A stretch of DNA of 21,886 nucleotides from Myxococcota bacterium. GTDB taxonomy: Bacteria > Myxococcota > XYA12-FULL-58-9 > JABJBS01. The stretch covers positions 1 to 21,886 of the forward strand of contig JAYZAY010000065.1 of the NCBI GenBank assembly GCA_036339465.1, written 5' to 3'. This document shows positions 18,099 to 21,886 of the stretch, piece after piece. Each line of letters starts with the position of its first letter. The stretch's first letter is position 1. The notes under the pieces were generated by a model that had not been told where the DNA came from, did not search any database, and saw only the letters and a list, made by a program, of their open reading frames with translations. The position numbers were made by a program, and so were the translations under genes.

Positions 18099-19541
18099 TT
18101 AGCCAACACTGCCTTCTAGACTCACCGCCAGAAGTTTCTGAGCTTCCACGGCAAACTCCATTGGCAACTTCTTGAAAACTTCCTTACAAAACCCATTCAC
18201 AATCAAGGAAACTGCGTCTTCTTCAGACAATCCTCGTTGTTGACAATAAAAAAGCTGGTCTTCACTGATTTTCGAAGTGGACGCCTCATGCTCCACTTGT
18301 GCCGATGGATTCGCAACTTCAATATAGGGAAAAGTGTGCGCCCCACACTTGTTCCCAAAAAGCAACGAATCGCATTGGGTGTAATTGCGAGCTCCATGGG
18401 CTTTTCCTTTAACCGCAACGAGGCCTCGGTAAGAATTCTGAGCTCGGCCCGCCGAGATGCCCTTCGATATAATGGTACTCGAAGTATTCTTACCAAGATG
18501 AATCATTTTCGTTCCGGTATCTGCCTGTTGGGCATTATTGGCCACCGCCACGGAATAAAACTCCCCCACTGACTCATCGCCTTGCAAAATACAACTGGGA
18601 TATTTCCACGTAATGGCAGAACCTGTCTCAACTTGCGTCCACGAAATCTTTGACTTACGCCCCTTGCAGATCCCTCTCTTAGTCACAAAATTGTATATCC
18701 CCCCCTTCCCGTCTTTATCACCGGGATACCAATTTTGGACCGTCGAATACTTAATCTCTGCACCCTCCATCGCCACAAGTTCAACCACGGCCGCATGCAA
18801 CTGATTCTCATCTCGCATAGGCGCCGTGCAACCTTCCAAGTAGCTGACATAACTGCCTTTATCGGCAACGATTAGGGTACGTTCAAACTGTCCTGTGTTC
18901 TGCGCATTGATCCGAAAATAGGTCGACAGCTCCATCGGACAACGCACCCCTTCAGGAATGTAGACAAAGGAACCATCACTGAATACCGCCGAATTCAGGG
19001 CGGAATAATAATTGTCTGAATGGGGAACAACAGAACCAAGATACTTTTTAACCAAATCCGGATGACTTTGGACCGCTTCTGAAATCGGACAAAAGATAAC
19101 GCCCGCTTCTGAAAGTTTCTCTTTGAAAGTAGTGGCCACAGAGACACTATCGAAAACAGCATCGACCGCGACACCCGCTAACCGAGCGCGCTCATGCAGT
19201 GGAATCCCGAGTTTTTCGTAAGTTTCCAAAAGCTCCGGATCGACCTCATCTAGACTTTTGGGCCCATCTTTGTTGGACTTCGGTGCGGCATAATAAGAGA
19301 TACCTTGAAAATCGATGGGCGGATAATCAACCTTGGCCCACATGGGATCTCTCATCTTCAACCACCGCTCATAGGCCTTGAACCGCCACTGTAAAAGCCA
19401 GTCGGGCTCCTTCTTCTTGGCCGAAATAAAACGTAGGGTGTCTTTCGAAAGTCCTGGCTCTATTTGTTCGGTTTCAATATCCGTGACGAAACCATACTTA
19501 TAATCGCCAGAAAAATCATCGATAGTCTGTGAGGTCGTCAT
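18099..19541 (-). CDS. sufB: Fe-S cluster assembly protein SufB
   Basis: [73 protein letters not shown]. Confidence 0.98.
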   Translation of the reverse strand: MTTSQTIDDFSGDYKYGFVTDIETEQIEPGLSKDTLRFISAKKKEPDWLLQWRFKAYERWLKMRDPMWAKVDYPPIDFQGISYYAAPKSNKDGPKSLDEVDPELLETYEKLGIPLHERARLAGVAVDAVFDSVSVATTFKEKLSEAGVIFCPISEAVQSHPDLVKKYLGSVVPHSDNYYSALNSAVFSDGSFVYIPEGVRCPMELSTYFRINAQNTGQFERTLIVADKGSYVSYLEGCTAPMRDENQLHAAVVELVAMEGAEIKYSTVQNWYPGDKDGKGGIYNFVTKRGICKGRKSKISWTQVETGSAITWKYPSCILQGDESVGEFYSVAVANNAQQADTGTKMIHLGKNTSSTIISKGISAGRAQNSYRGLVAVKGKAHGARNYTQCDSLLFGNKCGAHTFPYIEVANPSAQVEHEASTSKISEDQLFYCQQRGLSEEDAVSLIVNGFCKEVFKKLPMEFAVEAQKLLAVSLEGSVG

Positions 19542-20017
19542 CCAAGACTCCTTTTCGCGGGCAGAACTCCGAGACGATAATGCCCCACCTCGGCCTCCAT
19601 TTCCCCTGAATGGGGGCGGTCCATATCCGCAAGGGTAACTCCCTGTAGCGCCCCGACCACGGCCCGGTTAATCCGCTTCCAATTGTTTTGTGTCGGACAA
19701 GCTGGCTCAAGTTCGCACGAGGCTTCGGCACTGCCGCTGCACTCTGTGATAGCCAACGGGCCCTCCATGGCCTCAATCATGTCAGCCACGGTGATTTCCG
19801 TGGCCGGTCGCGCCAACTGATAACCGCCAAGCTTGCCGCGGTGGGCCTGAACAAGACCCGCTTTCGCTAGTATTTTCAGTATCTTACTAGCCGTTGGGCT
19901 AGGGATTTTGGAAAGTTTCGCCAAATGAGTGGAGGTTTGATGCTTCTCTTCCTCGCCATTGGCCAGATAGACCAGCAGCATAATACCGTAATCTGTAAGC
20001 TTTGATAATCGCAACAT
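19538..20017 (-). CDS. sufR: Rrf2-family SUF system regulator
   Basis: [38 protein letters not shown]-x7-C-x5-C cluster motif; ATGA overlap with sufB. Start set to ATG 20017. Confidence 0.92.
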   Translation of the reverse strand: MLRLSKLTDYGIMLLVYLANGEEEKHQTSTHLAKLSKIPSPTASKILKILAKAGLVQAHRGKLGGYQLARPATEITVADMIEAMEGPLAITECSGSAEASCELEPACPTQNNWKRINRAVVGALQGVTLADMDRPHSGEMEAEVGHYRLGVLPAKRSLG

Positions 20018-20088
20018 AAAAGCCTCAATGACGTTGGCCACTGCCGTCCCAATCTATAATACCAATCAATCCAGTCCCCGGTAACCTA

Positions 20089-20111
20089 AAGTGGACCGGC
20101 TGGGTCCTATT
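20089..20111. promoter_or_regulatory. Candidate Rrf2 operator upstream of the suf operon
   Basis: Inverted repeat AA-gt-GGACC-N5-GGTCC-ta-TT, about 72-94 nt upstream of the regulator ATG. A minus-strand TTGACT at 20132-20127 places the repeat over the expected -10/+1 region. Confidence 0.6.
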
Positions 20112-20196
20112 ACCCTCTTTAACTTAAGTCAAGCGTAGACCTTACCAACAGATTTCTTGCTCCCTACGTCTCTCAGCCAGTAACCTTGTTTCGGTT

Positions 20197-21150
20197 ATGG
20201 AAACACAACCAAATATTACCTATGTCACAGGTGCCGACGACCGATTCTTCGCAATGACTCTTTGTCTGCTTCATAGTTTTCGAAGGTGGTGCCCAAACCA
20301 GACCCTGTGGGTCTGTGACTTTGGGCTCTCTAGGGGAAACAAACGGTTCTTCACCAACGAGGGAATTCTGCTGGAACGCCCCCCCGACGTGGCCTTAGAA
20401 AAAGACCCATTTTATTTTAAGGTTAATATCGACAAGTATTTAGGAGACAAACAAATTGATAACACCGTATGGATTGACAGTGATTGCCTAATCTTCGGTC
20501 CTCTTCACGACGCCCTCAGTCTCTGCGTGAACAAATATCGACAACTGGGTTTTGAAATTGCACTCTGCCGAGACAGCGGCGTAGATTCCATTGGCCATTT
20601 CTTGGAAAAATATCATGCTCCTCCATTTCAAACGAAAATTGTCGAGGAAAATCTGTCGACCGAGGCCCCGTATTTCAATGCCGGCTTCTTTGTTCTCATG
20701 AGCCCACATAAGGTCCAAGAGTGGCGTAGAGAGGCCTATGAAATCGAACGGCACCCGGTCTTCGAACAAAACGTTCTGAACCTTCTGATTCAACGGGGTA
20801 ACCTCAAAGCGGTAGAACTGCCCGGAAACCTCTTTAACTTACACGATGAAAAACTCATGGACTTAAGCGTCGTCGATGGTGAAAACGAAACGAGAATTGC
20901 CTACCGCGAAAGTCGTCCGATACTCGTTCACTTTACCGCCAATAAGCCCGGGATATTAGAAGAAAGAAATTTCTCGCTCACCGCAAACACATTTGAATGG
21001 TCGGGCTATTTTCGACCCTTAGCCAATGAAGCACTCGCGGGTTTCCAAAAAGCACTCCTAAAAGAGGTTCTTAGCCAATACCAAGAAAAGCTCCAACGCG
21101 CTGGCCTCCTATCAACCCACCAAGGGCCTAGCTCAGAAAAATGTCCCTAA
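20197..21150 (+). CDS. GT-A fold glycosyltransferase, GT8-like
   Basis: YVTGADDRF, DFGLS, DxD motif WIDSDCL, YFNAGFF, EQNVLN, LVHFT; directly upstream of rfbB. Confidence 0.8.
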   Translation: METQPNITYVTGADDRFFAMTLCLLHSFRRWCPNQTLWVCDFGLSRGNKRFFTNEGILLERPPDVALEKDPFYFKVNIDKYLGDKQIDNTVWIDSDCLIFGPLHDALSLCVNKYRQLGFEIALCRDSGVDSIGHFLEKYHAPPFQTKIVEENLSTEAPYFNAGFFVLMSPHKVQEWRREAYEIERHPVFEQNVLNLLIQRGNLKAVELPGNLFNLHDEKLMDLSVVDGENETRIAYRESRPILVHFTANKPGILEERNFSLTANTFEWSGYFRPLANEALAGFQKALLKEVLSQYQEKLQRAGLLSTHQGPSSEKCP

Positions 21151-21183
21151 AAGACCAGCTCTCCGTGCACATGCTGTCTTTTT
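21149..21183 (+). terminator. Possible weak intrinsic terminator or stem-loop after the GT8 gene
   Basis: AAAGA(c)CAGC / GCTGTCTTT stem with one bulge and a 13-nt loop, ending in a T5 run. Confidence 0.3.
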
Positions 21184-21233
21184 ACCGCTCTTTTTATATA
21201 AAGCTGCTGGCAACAATCTAAGAGGAACCCACC

Positions 21234-21886
21234 ATGCCACTAAGACACCGAAACATTCAACACACCCCAAAAAAGATATTGGTGACAGGAGGGGCAGGCT
21301 TCATTGGTTCAAACCTAGTGCACCATCTGCTGCAAACACACTCGGAAATAACCGTGATAAATCTGGATGCCCTAACCTACGCGGGAAACCCGAACAACCA
21401 CAAAGCCTTAGACCCCTCTGAATCTAAGCGCCATCACTTCGTTAAAGGCAATATCTGCGACAAGCGCCTGGTAGCTCAGCTCTTCGCCCAATATTCTATC
21501 GATACAGTCATCCATTTAGCCGCAGAAAGTCATGTCGACCGTTCCATCGATGGCCCCGAAGTCTTCATTCAAACCAATGTCAATGGCACTTTCAATCTAC
21601 TCGAAGTTGCCAGGACCACTTGGAGGAAACGGCATGACGTCCGATTTCACCACGTTTCGACCGATGAGGTTTATGGTTCCCTGGGTAAAACGGGGCACTT
21701 TCTTGAAACAACACCCTATGACCCCTCCAGCCCCTACAGTGCAGCAAAAGCGGCATCCGACCACCTAGTAAGAGCTTGGGGCCAAACATTCAGCTTACCG
21801 ATTACCATCTCCAATTGCTCCAATAATTATGGCCCCTACCAATTTCCGGAAAAATTGATTCCACTGATGATCGTTAGAGCCCTCAA
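21234..21886 (+). CDS. rfbB: dTDP-glucose 4,6-dehydratase, partial (runs off right edge)
   Basis: Manual translation from ATG 21234 (GAGGA SD): [75 protein letters not shown]. Confidence 0.97.
   Translation, partial: MPLRHRNIQHTPKKILVTGGAGFIGSNLVHHLLQTHSEITVINLDALTYAGNPNNHKALDPSESKRHHFVKGNICDKRLVAQLFAQYSIDTVIHLAAESHVDRSIDGPEVFIQTNVNGTFNLLEVARTTWRKRHDVRFHHVSTDEVYGSLGKTGHFLETTPYDPSSPYSAAKAASDHLVRAWGQTFSLPITISNCSNNYGPYQFPEKLIPLMIVRAL

Noticed and set aside
1..21886. CRISPR arrays, tRNA/rRNA, IS/integrase, phage or defence genes
   Set aside because: No repeat-spacer periodicity, cloverleaf or transposase/integrase motifs seen. The STAND-like protein fits the signalling kinase class, though its C-terminus is outside the window.

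Overview
Gene-dense bacterial window with no mobile element, CRISPR array or RNA gene that I can support. Left to right: (1) a Hanks-type Ser/Thr kinase fused to an AAA/STAND-type ATPase, over 1050 aa on the minus strand, running off the left edge and missing from the ORF track; (2) a plus-strand lipoprotein-sppA-prolyl oligopeptidase operon; (3) a mixed block of class-V PLP enzyme, yggX, CgeB-like glycosyltransferase, DUF971, BKACE/DUF849, DUF1802 and FIST; (4) a SUF Fe-S operon (Rrf2 regulator-sufB-sufC-sufD-sufS-long sufT) with a candidate operator but no sufU, sufE or sufA; (5) the start of a polysaccharide locus, with a GT8-like transferase and rfbB running off the right edge (rfbB also missing from the track). 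The kinase architecture suggests a Myxococcota/Deltaproteobacteria-like host (inference only). Best leads are a SufU-type SufS without sufU, and several Fe-S-associated or NO-sensing accessory genes downstream of the SUF operon, including a DUF971 with two CPCxxC motifs coupled to a glycosyltransferase. These are hypotheses, not a demonstrated new system. Family calls come from motif recognition; no database searches were run.
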